50,159 bases of DNA from an uncultured Eubacteriales bacterium (GTDB lineage Bacteria > Acidobacteriota > Aminicenantia > Aminicenantales > UBA8522). The translations under genes were made by a program, and so were the position numbers. Positions 16,729 to 26,280 of this stretch are shown here, piece by piece. Under the pieces are notes generated by a model. That model had not been told where the DNA came from. It saw nothing but the letters and a program-made list of their open reading frames with translations, and made no database searches. Numbering within the stretch: the stretch's first letter is position 1; every line of letters starts with the position of its first letter. Where the stretch lies: the NCBI GenBank assembly GCA_964353705.1, contig CAYGXD010000005.1, positions 14,006-64,164 on the forward strand. The letters run 5' to 3'.

Positions 16729-17478
16729 ATGGCCGCTCCGAAGCAGATGACTCCTTCCCAGCGGGAATTCGTCAAGGTCATCCTGCTGGCCGGACTCGTC
16801 CTCCTCTTCCTGGCTATCATTTTCCGCAACCGCTGGCCCAAAGAGAACGAATTCCGGCCGGAACTCCTTCAGGAGCCGGTCCAGGCGCCTGGAGACGTCC
16901 CTGCGCCCTTTGATGTAGCTCAAAAAGGTTACACGTACACCGTCTATCCCCAGTTCGACTATGAGCTCTGGGGGATGGTCGTCTCCTCGCATTATGCCGG
17001 GTCTTTCCTCGATTACGCGCACGAGATGTGGAAGGACTATCTCAACATCAAGGACCTTTGCGTTATCTGGGGGAAGAACCTGGAAACCGGCGCCTTCCGG
17101 GAGATCAAATTCTGGAGCCGGGATTTCACCTGCTATTATTCCTGGTCCAGTCCGGAAACGGGCCGGCAGTTCTCCCAGTCCCATATCTCGAACAATCACC
17201 TCATCACCGAGGACGCCCGGCTGCGCAAGCTCATCAAGAGCGTCAAGCGGGGCGATCAGGTCCACCTGCGGGGCTGGCTGGCCAAGTACGGTCACAAGGG
17301 ATCAAAGGTGGTGCGGGGGACGAGCACAACCCGCAAGGATACCGGTGGCCAGGCCTGCGAGACGGTCTATGTGACCGAGTTCGAGGTCCTCAAGCGGGCG
17401 AACCCGGGCTGGCGGGCGGTCCTCCCAGCATCCCTGGCGGTCAGCGGGAGTTGTCTCCTTCTTTTGTTCCTGTTTTAA
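16729..17478 (+). CDS. Hypothetical membrane protein with N- and C-terminal anchors
   Basis: 249-aa ORF with coding-like composition; hydrophobic termini; no family recognised. Confidence 0.7.
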   Translation: MAAPKQMTPSQREFVKVILLAGLVLLFLAIIFRNRWPKENEFRPELLQEPVQAPGDVPAPFDVAQKGYTYTVYPQFDYELWGMVVSSHYAGSFLDYAHEMWKDYLNIKDLCVIWGKNLETGAFREIKFWSRDFTCYYSWSSPETGRQFSQSHISNNHLITEDARLRKLIKSVKRGDQVHLRGWLAKYGHKGSKVVRGTSTTRKDTGGQACETVYVTEFEVLKRANPGWRAVLPASLAVSGSCLLLLFLF

Positions 17479-17582
17479 TCATGTGAATAGGGCGGTTCCC
17501 CGGTTCCGGGCGGCAACGCAGGCTCGCCATCTCAGGAGCCGGAATTGTGATATAATCCCCGGATGGTCGTCGAGGGGAGATC

Positions 17583-20183
17583 ATGACAAGAAGAGACCGG
17601 ATTGTCCAGCGCATTTATTGGATCGGCCTGGCCTTCTTTTTCCTTTTTGCTTCGCTTTCAGCCGCCCAAGAAGGACTTATTCCCGCCTTCCCGATCGAGC
17701 GCGATGACCTCACCCTGGGGCGGCCGGCCCAGCCGAACACATATTTCGACAAGGCGGGACGCCGATTCGCCATCCTCGGCCTGGAGAGCGGGACCTTCGA
17801 AGCCTGGGCTTATCCCTTAAAGCTCATTCGTAACTTTGAGTTTTCGTTCTTGCTCCGCAACAGCACACGGCCCATCCCGGCAAAAGAGATCGTCCGGTCG
17901 ATCGAGGTGACTCCGGCGGCTACGACCCTGACCTTTTCGTACCAGTCCTTTACAGTAAAGGCGACGTATGTGACCTCTATCGAGGATCCCGGAGCCGTCG
18001 TCCTGCTCGGCATTGATTCGACCGAGCCGCTGACCATTGTGGCGAGCTTCCTTCCGGTCCTCCAGCCGATGTGGCCGGCCGGGATCGGCGGCCAATACGC
18101 CCATTGGGATGAGGAGCTCAAAGCCTATCTGATTTCGGAGCCGACCCGGAATAATCATGGCGTCGTCGGCTCTCCGGCGGCGCGGGGCATTTCCTATAGC
18201 CCGGCCCATATGCTTTCTGACGCCCCGAGTGAATTCACCATCTTCGTCCCCGATCCCAAGGCGGTCGAAGGAAAGCTCATTCCGGTAGTCCTGGCCGGCG
18301 GCAAGGGGAATCGTGAAGATGTCCGGAAGGTATACGAAAAGCTGGCCGCCGACCCCAGTTCTGTCTATTATTCCGCATCTGAACATTACCGCAACCTCCG
18401 GCAAAGCACACTCCGTGTCCACACGCCCCTGCCCAGGCTGGACCTGGCGTTCGAGTGGGCCAAGATCTCTTTCGACAATCTCAGGGTTTATAATCCCGAC
18501 TTGGGCCGCGGTCTGGTGGCAGGTCTCGGGCTTTCCGGAACGGGAGGCCGGCCCGGTTTCGGGTGGTTTTTCGGCACGGACGCCTATCTCAATTCGCTCA
18601 GCCTGTTGAGCTTCGGAGATTTTGAGGCCGCCAACGAGGCCCTGGCTTTCACTCAAAAATGGCAGCGGCCGGACGGAAAAATGGCCCACGAACTCAGTCA
18701 AGCCGCCGGGTACATCGATTGGTTCAAGGATTTCCCCTATGGCTATATCCATGGGGACACGACGCCTTACTATATTGCGGCCATGGCTGAGTATTATGCG
18801 CTGAGCGGCGATCTCGAGTTCATCCGGCAGAGCTGGCCCTCCCTCAAACGGGCCTTCGACTGGTGCTTGACAACGGACGCCGATGGAGACGGTTTGATGG
18901 ACAACTCCAAAGCCGGGCTTGGGGCACTTGAGTTCGGCTCCCTCACCGGTATCCAGACGGATATCTATCTGGGCGCGGTCTGGATTCGAGCCGCTCAAGC
19001 CATGGAGAGGCTGGCCCAGGCCATGGGAGAAAAGAAGCCGGCCGCGGATGCCGCAGCCGCCCACAAAACAGCCCTGGCCGCATTCGAGGCCAAGTTCTGG
19101 GATGGAGAGAAGGGCCAATATTCCTACGCTTTTAATGCCGGCGGCGAACAGGTCAAGGAGCTCACTCCCTGGTGCGCTGTGCCCCTGATTTGGGGCATCG
19201 GCCGGGCTGAACGGGCGGCCTGGACTTTGGAAAAGATGAACGCGGCCGACCTGACGACTTCATGGGGAATCAGAATCCTGCCCCAGAAAAGTCCTCTCTA
19301 TGAGCCTCTCAACTATAATTATGGGGCCGTCTGGCCTTTCCTGACCGGATACGTTGCCTCTGCCCTTTTCGAGCACGGCCAGGGGCTTCAGGGGTACGGG
19401 CTCGTCCTGGCCAACGCCAAGCATCTCTTCGACAACGCCTTGGGCAGCGCCACCGAGCTGTTCTCCGGCGGGTTGAATGTCTGGCCGCAGGAGGCCGTCG
19501 CCCACCAGGGGTTCTCAACGGGAGGCTTCGTCCTGCCTTATGTCCGCGGACTATTGGGGTTGGGGGGCGACGCGACCGGGAAGGAGCTCGTCTTCAAGCC
19601 GGCCCTGCCCTCTGACTGGCCGGAAGTAACGATCGGAAAGTTCAGGCTCGGCCCTGAGACCTTCGATTTACGCTTTAAGCGGGAGGATACCAAGATCCTG
19701 CTCGAGGTCTTATCCCGGCCGGGGAATGGTTTCCTGTTCCATTTTACTCCGGCCTTCGGTCTGGGGACGCGAGTCCGGCGGGCCCTGGTCAACGGCCGGC
19801 TGACAGAGCCGGCGCCGCGGCCGGATTCCCAGGCCTTCCGGCAGGCCGAACAACCTGCTTTTCCTCCCTTCCGCCTGACCGGGCGCGACATTGTGGAAAT
19901 CGAATTGGAGCCAACGGTCGAGATCCTTCCCCCGGTGAACGAATACCAGGTTGGAGATTATGATAAAGGGTTGAAAATCATTAAGTTAGAGCTTGCCGGA
20001 AAAGACCTTAAGGCGGTTGTCGAAGGCTTGGCCGGCGAGAGCTATACGCTGCGGATCACCCATGGAGAGCTTGTCCAGGATGTCGTCGGCGCCTCAGTCC
20101 TCGGCAACCGGGTCACCATCAAGTTCCCTTCAGGGGAAGAGCGCGAGTTTGTGCGCCGCGAGGTTATCCTCAAGCTGAGATAA
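17583..20183 (+). CDS. Exported (alpha/alpha)6-barrel glycoside hydrolase (amylo-alpha-1,6-glucosidase/GDE-like)
   Basis: Signal peptide; AG...RPGFGWFFGTDA, QRPDGKMAHE, DTTPYY, DADGDG, YNYGAVWP, TELFSG motifs. Confidence 0.75.
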   Translation: MTRRDRIVQRIYWIGLAFFFLFASLSAAQEGLIPAFPIERDDLTLGRPAQPNTYFDKAGRRFAILGLESGTFEAWAYPLKLIRNFEFSFLLRNSTRPIPAKEIVRSIEVTPAATTLTFSYQSFTVKATYVTSIEDPGAVVLLGIDSTEPLTIVASFLPVLQPMWPAGIGGQYAHWDEELKAYLISEPTRNNHGVVGSPAARGISYSPAHMLSDAPSEFTIFVPDPKAVEGKLIPVVLAGGKGNREDVRKVYEKLAADPSSVYYSASEHYRNLRQSTLRVHTPLPRLDLAFEWAKISFDNLRVYNPDLGRGLVAGLGLSGTGGRPGFGWFFGTDAYLNSLSLLSFGDFEAANEALAFTQKWQRPDGKMAHELSQAAGYIDWFKDFPYGYIHGDTTPYYIAAMAEYYALSGDLEFIRQSWPSLKRAFDWCLTTDADGDGLMDNSKAGLGALEFGSLTGIQTDIYLGAVWIRAAQAMERLAQAMGEKKPAADAAAAHKTALAAFEAKFWDGEKGQYSYAFNAGGEQVKELTPWCAVPLIWGIGRAERAAWTLEKMNAADLTTSWGIRILPQKSPLYEPLNYNYGAVWPFLTGYVASALFEHGQGLQGYGLVLANAKHLFDNALGSATELFSGGLNVWPQEAVAHQGFSTGGFVLPYVRGLLGLGGDATGKELVFKPALPSDWPEVTIGKFRLGPETFDLRFKREDTKILLEVLSRPGNGFLFHFTPAFGLGTRVRRALVNGRLTEPAPRPDSQAFRQAEQPAFPPFRLTGRDIVEIELEPTVEILPPVNEYQVGDYDKGLKIIKLELAGKDLKAVVEGLAGESYTLRITHGELVQDVVGASVLGNRVTIKFPSGEEREFVRREVILKLR

Positions 20184-20239
20184 GCCCCCATTGGTCGTTG
20201 TCAAGAATTAGCCCTTCATATACCATATACCGCTCAAAC

Positions 20240-21607
20240 ATGGACAAGAAGGCGCAACTCTCGGCTTCGATCGTGGCCGGCTTGGCCGCGTTCCTCGCCC
20301 CCTTCATGGGCGCTTCGGTGAACATCGCCCTGCCCTCGATCGGCCGTGAATTCCAGGCCGACGCCGTGATGCTGGGCTGGGTGGCCACGGCCTATATTTT
20401 AGCGGCCGCCGTCTTTCTCGTTCCTTTCGGCAAGCTGGCGGACATCTATGGCCGGAAACGGATCTTCCTTATGGGCATCCTTGTTTACACCACGGCTTCC
20501 GTTCTCTGCGCCCTGGCCGATTCGACTTGGACCCTGATCGGATTCCGCGTCCTGCAGGGTCTGGGCGCCGCCCTGATCTTTGGGACGAGTGTCGCCATCC
20601 TGACTTCGGTCTTTCCGCCTGGCCAAAGGGGAAAAGCTCTAGGGATCAATACGGCCTCGACCTATCTCGGCCTGTCGCTTGGGCCGGTCCTCGGCGGTCT
20701 GCTGACCCAGCAGTTCGGCTGGCGGAGCATCTTCGTCATCAACCTTCCTCTCGGGATCATCATCATCGTCTTCGTCCTGGCCATGCTCAGGGGAGAGTGG
20801 GCCGAGGCCAAGGATGAGCGGTTTGATTTCTTTGGAGCGGCTTTCTACGGCCTCACCCTCGTCGGGATCATGCTCGGCTTTTCCCGCCTTCCGCAAAAGA
20901 CCGGATTTCTCCTTTTTGCCACGGGGATCGCCCTGGCCGCCGGGTTTGTGCTTCGCGAGACGAAAACCGATAATCCTCTCCTCAGGATCGAGCTTTTCCG
21001 GGAGAACAGGGTCTTCGCCTTTTCCAACCTGGCCGCCCTGGTCAATTACAGCGCGACTTTCGCCGTCGGCTTTTTCGTCAGCCTCTACCTTCAATATCTC
21101 AAGGGCATGAGCCCGCGGAGCGCCGGATTGATTCTCATCGCCCAGCCGATCGTGATGACGGTTTTTTCGCCGTTCGCCGGCCGTCTATCGGACAGAATAG
21201 AGCCCCGCCTTGTCGCCTCCATCGGGATGGCCATCTCGAGCTTCGGGCTTCTGCTCCTTGTCTTCCTGCGGGCCGAGACCACGATGGTTTTTGTCATCGC
21301 CAGCCTGGCCGTGCTCGGGTTCGGGTTCGCCCTTTTCTCCTCGCCCAACACGAATGCCGTGATGGGCTCGGTGGAGAAGAAATTCTACGGTGTCGCCTCA
21401 GCTACCCTGGGCACCATGCGCCTTGTCGGGCAGACCCTCAGTATGGGGATCGCCATGCTCATATTCGGCGCGCTGATCGGCCGGGTCCAGATTACCGCGG
21501 CGAATCAAGCGGGCTTTCTGATGGGGGTGAGGACGGGCTTCATCATCTTCGCCGCGCTCTGCTTCGCCGGAGTCTTCGCCAGCCTGGCCCGCGGCAACCG
21601 GAAGTGA
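20240..21607 (+). CDS. MFS transporter, DHA2 (14-TM drug:H+ antiporter)-like
   Basis: VNIALPSI, GKLADIYGRKR, FRVLQGLG, GPVLGGLL, WRSIFVINLPLG. Confidence 0.9.
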   Translation: MDKKAQLSASIVAGLAAFLAPFMGASVNIALPSIGREFQADAVMLGWVATAYILAAAVFLVPFGKLADIYGRKRIFLMGILVYTTASVLCALADSTWTLIGFRVLQGLGAALIFGTSVAILTSVFPPGQRGKALGINTASTYLGLSLGPVLGGLLTQQFGWRSIFVINLPLGIIIIVFVLAMLRGEWAEAKDERFDFFGAAFYGLTLVGIMLGFSRLPQKTGFLLFATGIALAAGFVLRETKTDNPLLRIELFRENRVFAFSNLAALVNYSATFAVGFFVSLYLQYLKGMSPRSAGLILIAQPIVMTVFSPFAGRLSDRIEPRLVASIGMAISSFGLLLLVFLRAETTMVFVIASLAVLGFGFALFSSPNTNAVMGSVEKKFYGVASATLGTMRLVGQTLSMGIAMLIFGALIGRVQITAANQAGFLMGVRTGFIIFAALCFAGVFASLARGNRK

Positions 21608-21616
21608 GCCTTTCCG

Positions 21617-21645
21617 TTGACAGCACGCGATTGAGGTGATATACG
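21617..21645 (+). promoter_or_regulatory. Candidate sigma-70 promoter for the peptidase pair
   Basis: TTGACA(21617)-N17-TATACG with an extended TG. Confidence 0.4.
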
Positions 21646-21738
21646 TTCTCTCTTTCAACCCGCCATGACGATCCTCGGGCCGAGCCGTTCTTGTAATAAG
21701 GACGGGCCCAGTTCGAGGAGAGAAAAAGGAGCGACAGC

Positions 21739-22995
21739 ATGATCACAAGGCGCCATTTCCTCAAGATCGGAGGGCTGACCGTCGCGGCCTCAGGATGGGT
21801 ATCGAAGGCGCTGGGGTCTTCCCCCCAAGCTCAGCCCCCGGCGCTCCAGAACATGATTGCGGACGTGAAGCCTCTCACGGCCGAAGACTATGCCGCGCGC
21901 TTCGAGAAAGCCCGAAGGCTCATGAACGAGAACAAGCTGGACGGCCTTTTTCTCGAGGGCGGGGTAAACCTTCAATACTTCACCAAAGTCAACTGGTGGC
22001 GGAGTGAAAGGACATTCGGCGCCATCTTCAGCCAAAAACGCGATCCGGTCTGGGTCTGCCCGGGCTTCGAACGGCAAAGGGCGGAAGAGCTCGTCCCCGC
22101 GGGGCAAGAGATCCGCACTTGGGAGGAGCACGAAAGTCCGTATACACTCATCGCGGGCGTTATGAAGGAATTCGGCGCCGGGAGCGGACGTCTGGGCCTC
22201 GATCCCTCTATGCGACATTTCATCTTTTATGGCCTGCGCCGGGATGCGTCCGGGCTAGAGCTTGCCGACGGAGCCGTCGTCACCGAAGGCAGCCGGGGAG
22301 TCAAGACGGAAAAGGAAATCGCCTATATGGACTTGGCGAACAGAATCACGAAACTGGCCTACCGCGAAGCCTTTAAACAGCTTCGTGAAGGGATGAGCCC
22401 CCGCGACTTGGCGGCGGCCGTGAGCGACGCCCACCAGAAGATGGGTGTCGCCGGCGGCGGCGGAGCCCAATTCGGCCCGATCACGGCCTTTCCCCACGGC
22501 TCCATGGTAGTCCACAACCTCCAGAAGGACGACGCGGTGCTCATCGACGGGGGCTGTTCGGTCGAAGGCTATCGCTCGGACATCACCCGGACGGTTTTCT
22601 TCGGGTCGCCGACCGACAGACAGCGCAAGGTCTGGGAGGCTGTCAGGAAGGCCCAGGCGGCTGCCCTCCAGGCGCTCCGGCCGGGAGCGACCTGTGAAGC
22701 CGTCGACCGGGCGGCCCGCCGCGTCGTCGAGGCCGCCGGTTTCGGCCCCGATTATAAATACTTCGCCCACCGCCTCGGCCATGGCATCGGCTTGGAGGGA
22801 CACGAGTACCCCTATCTCGTGCGCGGGAACACGCTGAATCTCCAGCCCGGGATGACCTTCAGTAACGAGCCCGGGATTTACATCTATGGGGAATTCGGCG
22901 TCCGCCTCGAAGACTGCATGGTCGTCACCGAGGACGGCGGCCGTACGCTTGGGGGCCTTGAGGCGACGGCCCTAGACAAGCCATTTGGAGATTAG
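21739..22995 (+). CDS. Tat-exported Xaa-Pro peptidase (M24B)
   Basis: MITRRHFLK twin-arginine signal; PHG, IDGG...YRSDITRT, HRLGHGIGLEGHE, SNEPGIY, GVRLED. Confidence 0.9.
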   Translation: MITRRHFLKIGGLTVAASGWVSKALGSSPQAQPPALQNMIADVKPLTAEDYAARFEKARRLMNENKLDGLFLEGGVNLQYFTKVNWWRSERTFGAIFSQKRDPVWVCPGFERQRAEELVPAGQEIRTWEEHESPYTLIAGVMKEFGAGSGRLGLDPSMRHFIFYGLRRDASGLELADGAVVTEGSRGVKTEKEIAYMDLANRITKLAYREAFKQLREGMSPRDLAAAVSDAHQKMGVAGGGGAQFGPITAFPHGSMVVHNLQKDDAVLIDGGCSVEGYRSDITRTVFFGSPTDRQRKVWEAVRKAQAAALQALRPGATCEAVDRAARRVVEAAGFGPDYKYFAHRLGHGIGLEGHEYPYLVRGNTLNLQPGMTFSNEPGIYIYGEFGVRLEDCMVVTEDGGRTLGGLEATALDKPFGD

Positions 22996-23083
22996 GGGAC
23001 GCGCCGCGACAGGACCCGTTCCCATCATAAAAAAGAATGGCTTGCCATTGGGCTTAGAAAACAATATGAACTTTAAGGAGGTC

Positions 23084-24448
23084 ATGATGTCTTATCCGAA
23101 TTCTCCCCGGCGTCCTAGGCTGCTTATTCTTGTTGGTATGCTCTTGATAGGGTTTTCGATCGCGGCCGCCCAGGAAATAGCGAACGTCAAGGACTCGAAA
23201 AACATCCTTCCCGAAAAAGCCCGGGAAGAGCTGATGAACGAGTGGCTGAAATGGCGCCTCGACAACATCGTCCCGGAGCTCATGAGGCGCGAGGGGGTCG
23301 ACCTGTGGCTGGTCATCAACCGCGAGTACAACGAGGATCCCGTTTACCTGAGCCTCGTGCCCAGGCCGACAATGTATGCCCGCCGGACCTCGATCCTCAT
23401 CTTTCATGACCTGGGCCCGGAGAAAGGCGTCGAAAGGCTCGCCGGGAGCTATTACGGAATGGAGGGCTGGTACAAGGGAACCTGGGTCGATAAGAAAAAG
23501 AAGCAGTTCGAGAGCCTGGCCGAAGTCATCAAGGCCATCAACCCGAAGAAGATCGGGATCAACACATCCGAGAACTGGGCCTTCGGCGACGGCCTGACGG
23601 CTTCCCTCAAGGCTAAACTGGAAAAAGCCCTCGGGCCCGAGCTCTCCTCACGGTTCGTCTCCGCCGAAAACCTGTGCGTGGGCTGGCTGGAGACGCGGAG
23701 CCCCCAGGAGATGAGCGTCTACCGTCACATCTGCGGCCTGGCCCATGACCTCATCGGCGACTTCTTCTCCAACCAGGTGATCACCCCGGATCTCACGACG
23801 ACCGACGACGTCGTCTGGTGGTTCCGGCAGCGGGTCACGGACCTCGGGCTTGAGACCTGGTTCCAGCCGTCCATTTCCATTCAACGGAGCGCGAAAGAGG
23901 CCGCCAAGTATGCCGAGAAAGAAGTGATCCGCAGGGGCGACGTCCTCCACTGCGATGTCGGCATCCGTTATCTCGGGCTGTGCACCGACATGCAGCTTCA
24001 AGCATACGTCTGCCGCTCCGGGGAGACCGACGCGCCCGAAGGGCTGAAAGAAGCTCTGCGCCGGGCCAATCGTCTGGCCGACGTCTTCAGGGGCGAGTTC
24101 GTCCTGGGCCGGAGCGGCACGGACATCGTCACCGCGGCGATGAAGAAGGGCGAGGCCGAAGGGCTGCGGCCCCTGATCTATATGCATCCGCTCGGAGTTC
24201 ACGGCCACGGGGCCGGGTGCGTCGCCGACGCTCGTCCGCCGGAATCGGCTCCCGAGGACAATCCGGAAAGAGGGAAGTACCCGCTCTTCCTGAACACGGC
24301 CTATGCCATCGAGTTCAGCAGCACCACGGCCGTTCCCGAATGGGACAACCAGGACGTCCGGATCGGTTATGAAGAGGATGCTCTGTTCACGGAGAAGGGG
24401 TGCCGGTTCATCGACGGCCGGCAGACGCAGCTCTATCTGATCAAATAG
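23084..24448 (+). CDS. Sec-exported M24 family metallopeptidase
   Basis: SD AAGGAGG; signal peptide; HCDVG...TDMQ, HPLGVHGH, AIE, YEED metal ligands. Confidence 0.8.
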   Translation: MMSYPNSPRRPRLLILVGMLLIGFSIAAAQEIANVKDSKNILPEKAREELMNEWLKWRLDNIVPELMRREGVDLWLVINREYNEDPVYLSLVPRPTMYARRTSILIFHDLGPEKGVERLAGSYYGMEGWYKGTWVDKKKKQFESLAEVIKAINPKKIGINTSENWAFGDGLTASLKAKLEKALGPELSSRFVSAENLCVGWLETRSPQEMSVYRHICGLAHDLIGDFFSNQVITPDLTTTDDVVWWFRQRVTDLGLETWFQPSISIQRSAKEAAKYAEKEVIRRGDVLHCDVGIRYLGLCTDMQLQAYVCRSGETDAPEGLKEALRRANRLADVFRGEFVLGRSGTDIVTAAMKKGEAEGLRPLIYMHPLGVHGHGAGCVADARPPESAPEDNPERGKYPLFLNTAYAIEFSSTTAVPEWDNQDVRIGYEEDALFTEKGCRFIDGRQTQLYLIK

Positions 24449-24450
24449 CT

Positions 24451-25263
24451 TCAGTCGCCAGACTTTAGAGGGACGATCTTAAGCAAGTCGCGGGCCCGGT
24501 CCCTGTTCTCGTAGGCCCAGAGGTAATAGTCCCTTTTTTCCAGCTTGGAGGCGGCCGCTTCATCGATGATGTACTTGGCCCGGGCGTGAAGCTGAAGAGC
24601 AGAGGCGGGGACCGAGGCGCTAACCGGTCCCTCGATTGCCTGGGCGATCACTTCGGCCTTTTCGTTTCCCGAAGCCAGAAGAAGGACTGATTTGGTCTCC
24701 AGGATCGTCCCGATTCCCATGGTCAGGCAGAACCGGGGGACCTCGCTTTCGTCCCGGAAAAAGGGCCTGTTGGCCGCCACTGTCTCCGGCGTCAGAATCT
24801 TCAGCCGCGTCCGGGAGGAGAGCGATGAGCCGGGCTCATTGAAGGCGATATGCCCGTTCTTTCCGATCCCGAGGATCTGGACGTCAATCCCTCCGGCCTC
24901 CTGGATCTTCCTTTCGTAAGACCGGCAGTGCGCTTCGATGTCGGCCGGACTTCCTCTCAAGCGGAAAATGTTTTCCTTCTTTATATTGACATGACGGAAC
25001 AGGTGATGGTCCATGTAGCAGGCAAAGCTCTGAGGATGGGATTCTTCAAGCCCCACGTATTCGTCGAGGTTGAAGGCCTTGACCGAAGCGAAGTCGATTC
25101 CTCCCTGATTGTAGAGTTCGATGAGCCTCTTGTAGAGCCCGAGCGGCGTAGCGCCGGTGGCGAAGCCCAAGACCAGGGCCTTTTCCTGCCCCCAAGCTTC
25201 CTGGATGATCCCGGCCGATTCGGCGCAAACGTCGTCGTAGTCCTTCTTGATGATGACTTCCAT
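24451..25263 (-). CDS. nagB: Glucosamine-6-phosphate deaminase
   Basis: LGFATGATP, FNLDEYVGL, LGIGKNGHIAFNEPGS, TMGIGTI, PASALQLH. Confidence 0.95.
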   Translation of the reverse strand: MEVIIKKDYDDVCAESAGIIQEAWGQEKALVLGFATGATPLGLYKRLIELYNQGGIDFASVKAFNLDEYVGLEESHPQSFACYMDHHLFRHVNIKKENIFRLRGSPADIEAHCRSYERKIQEAGGIDVQILGIGKNGHIAFNEPGSSLSSRTRLKILTPETVAANRPFFRDESEVPRFCLTMGIGTILETKSVLLLASGNEKAEVIAQAIEGPVSASVPASALQLHARAKYIIDEAAASKLEKRDYYLWAYENRDRARDLLKIVPLKSGD

Positions 25264-25380
25264 AGGCGTGTCCTCGCGTCTGAAAAAATCCTCGGATGGA
25301 CCCCAATTATATCGGAATTTCTCCTTGGCTCAAAATGTCCGGCTTGAGAATTATTCCCGGGAAGCGTAACAATAGGGCCG

Positions 25381-26199
25381 ATGCTCATAATCAGATCGCT
25401 CTTTGTTTTTCCGGCACTGCTTGCGCTCCAGCTGTCGATTGGGGCAGCTGGGCCTTTGCGGGCACAAGAGCAAAAGCCCGGCCGTTTCGTCTATGACCAT
25501 GGGGCAATCATCCGCGGCGATATCACCAAGAAGGAAATCGCCCTGGTCTTCACTGGGCATGAGTTTGCCGACGGGGGGACGTTCATCCGGGAAGTTCTGA
25601 AGAAAGGGGAGACTTCGGCCAGCTTTTTCTTCACCGGGGATTTCTACCGGAATGAGGCGAACTCTCCCCTGATCCAGGCTTTGCGCCGGGACGGCCACTA
25701 CCTCGGACCTCACTCTGATAAACACCTTCTCTATTGCACTTGGGAGAACCGGGACGAGCTGCTGGTCACGAAAGAAGAGTTTAGCGCCGACATCCTGCGT
25801 AACTACGAGGCGATCGGACCTTTCGGCGTGGCCAAAGACAACGCGCCGTACTTCATCCCACCCTATGAATGGTATAATGCGGCGATAGCCGGCTGGGCAG
25901 GAGACCTGGGGCTTAACCTTTTCAATTTCACGCCGGGAACGCTCTCCAACGCCGACTACACAACGCCGGATATGGCCAACTACACCTCGTCGGCCCGGAT
26001 CTATCAGAGCATCATCGACCATGAAAAGAACGACCCCCACGGCCTCAACGGGTTCATCCTTCTCGTCCACATCGGCACCCATCCCGGCCGCACGGACAAG
26101 TTTTTCCGCTCGCTGGACAGGCTCCTGAATGTACTCAGGGACAAGGGTTATCGCTTCGTCAGAATTGATGGACTGTTGAAAAACAGGGAGAGCCGATGA
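25381..26199 (+). CDS. Exported polysaccharide deacetylase (CE4/NodB-like)
   Basis: Signal peptide; ALVFTGHE, SFFFTG, GPHSDKH, FIPPYE, ILLVHIG in NodB motif order. Confidence 0.78.
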   Translation: MLIIRSLFVFPALLALQLSIGAAGPLRAQEQKPGRFVYDHGAIIRGDITKKEIALVFTGHEFADGGTFIREVLKKGETSASFFFTGDFYRNEANSPLIQALRRDGHYLGPHSDKHLLYCTWENRDELLVTKEEFSADILRNYEAIGPFGVAKDNAPYFIPPYEWYNAAIAGWAGDLGLNLFNFTPGTLSNADYTTPDMANYTSSARIYQSIIDHEKNDPHGLNGFILLVHIGTHPGRTDKFFRSLDRLLNVLRDKGYRFVRIDGLLKNRESR

Positions 26200-26280
26200 G
26201 GGAGGCCGAGCAGGGATGACAAATGCCCTCTTTTTGAATATCCTAGTCTGTGCCTTTCAGGCTCGACATGGGAGGATGCG

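Noticed and set aside
22994-23025. GGGGAC...GTTCCC-like short palindromes after genes (also ~35590-35630 and ~41790-41812)
   Set aside because: Too short and degenerate to establish as a repeat family by eye
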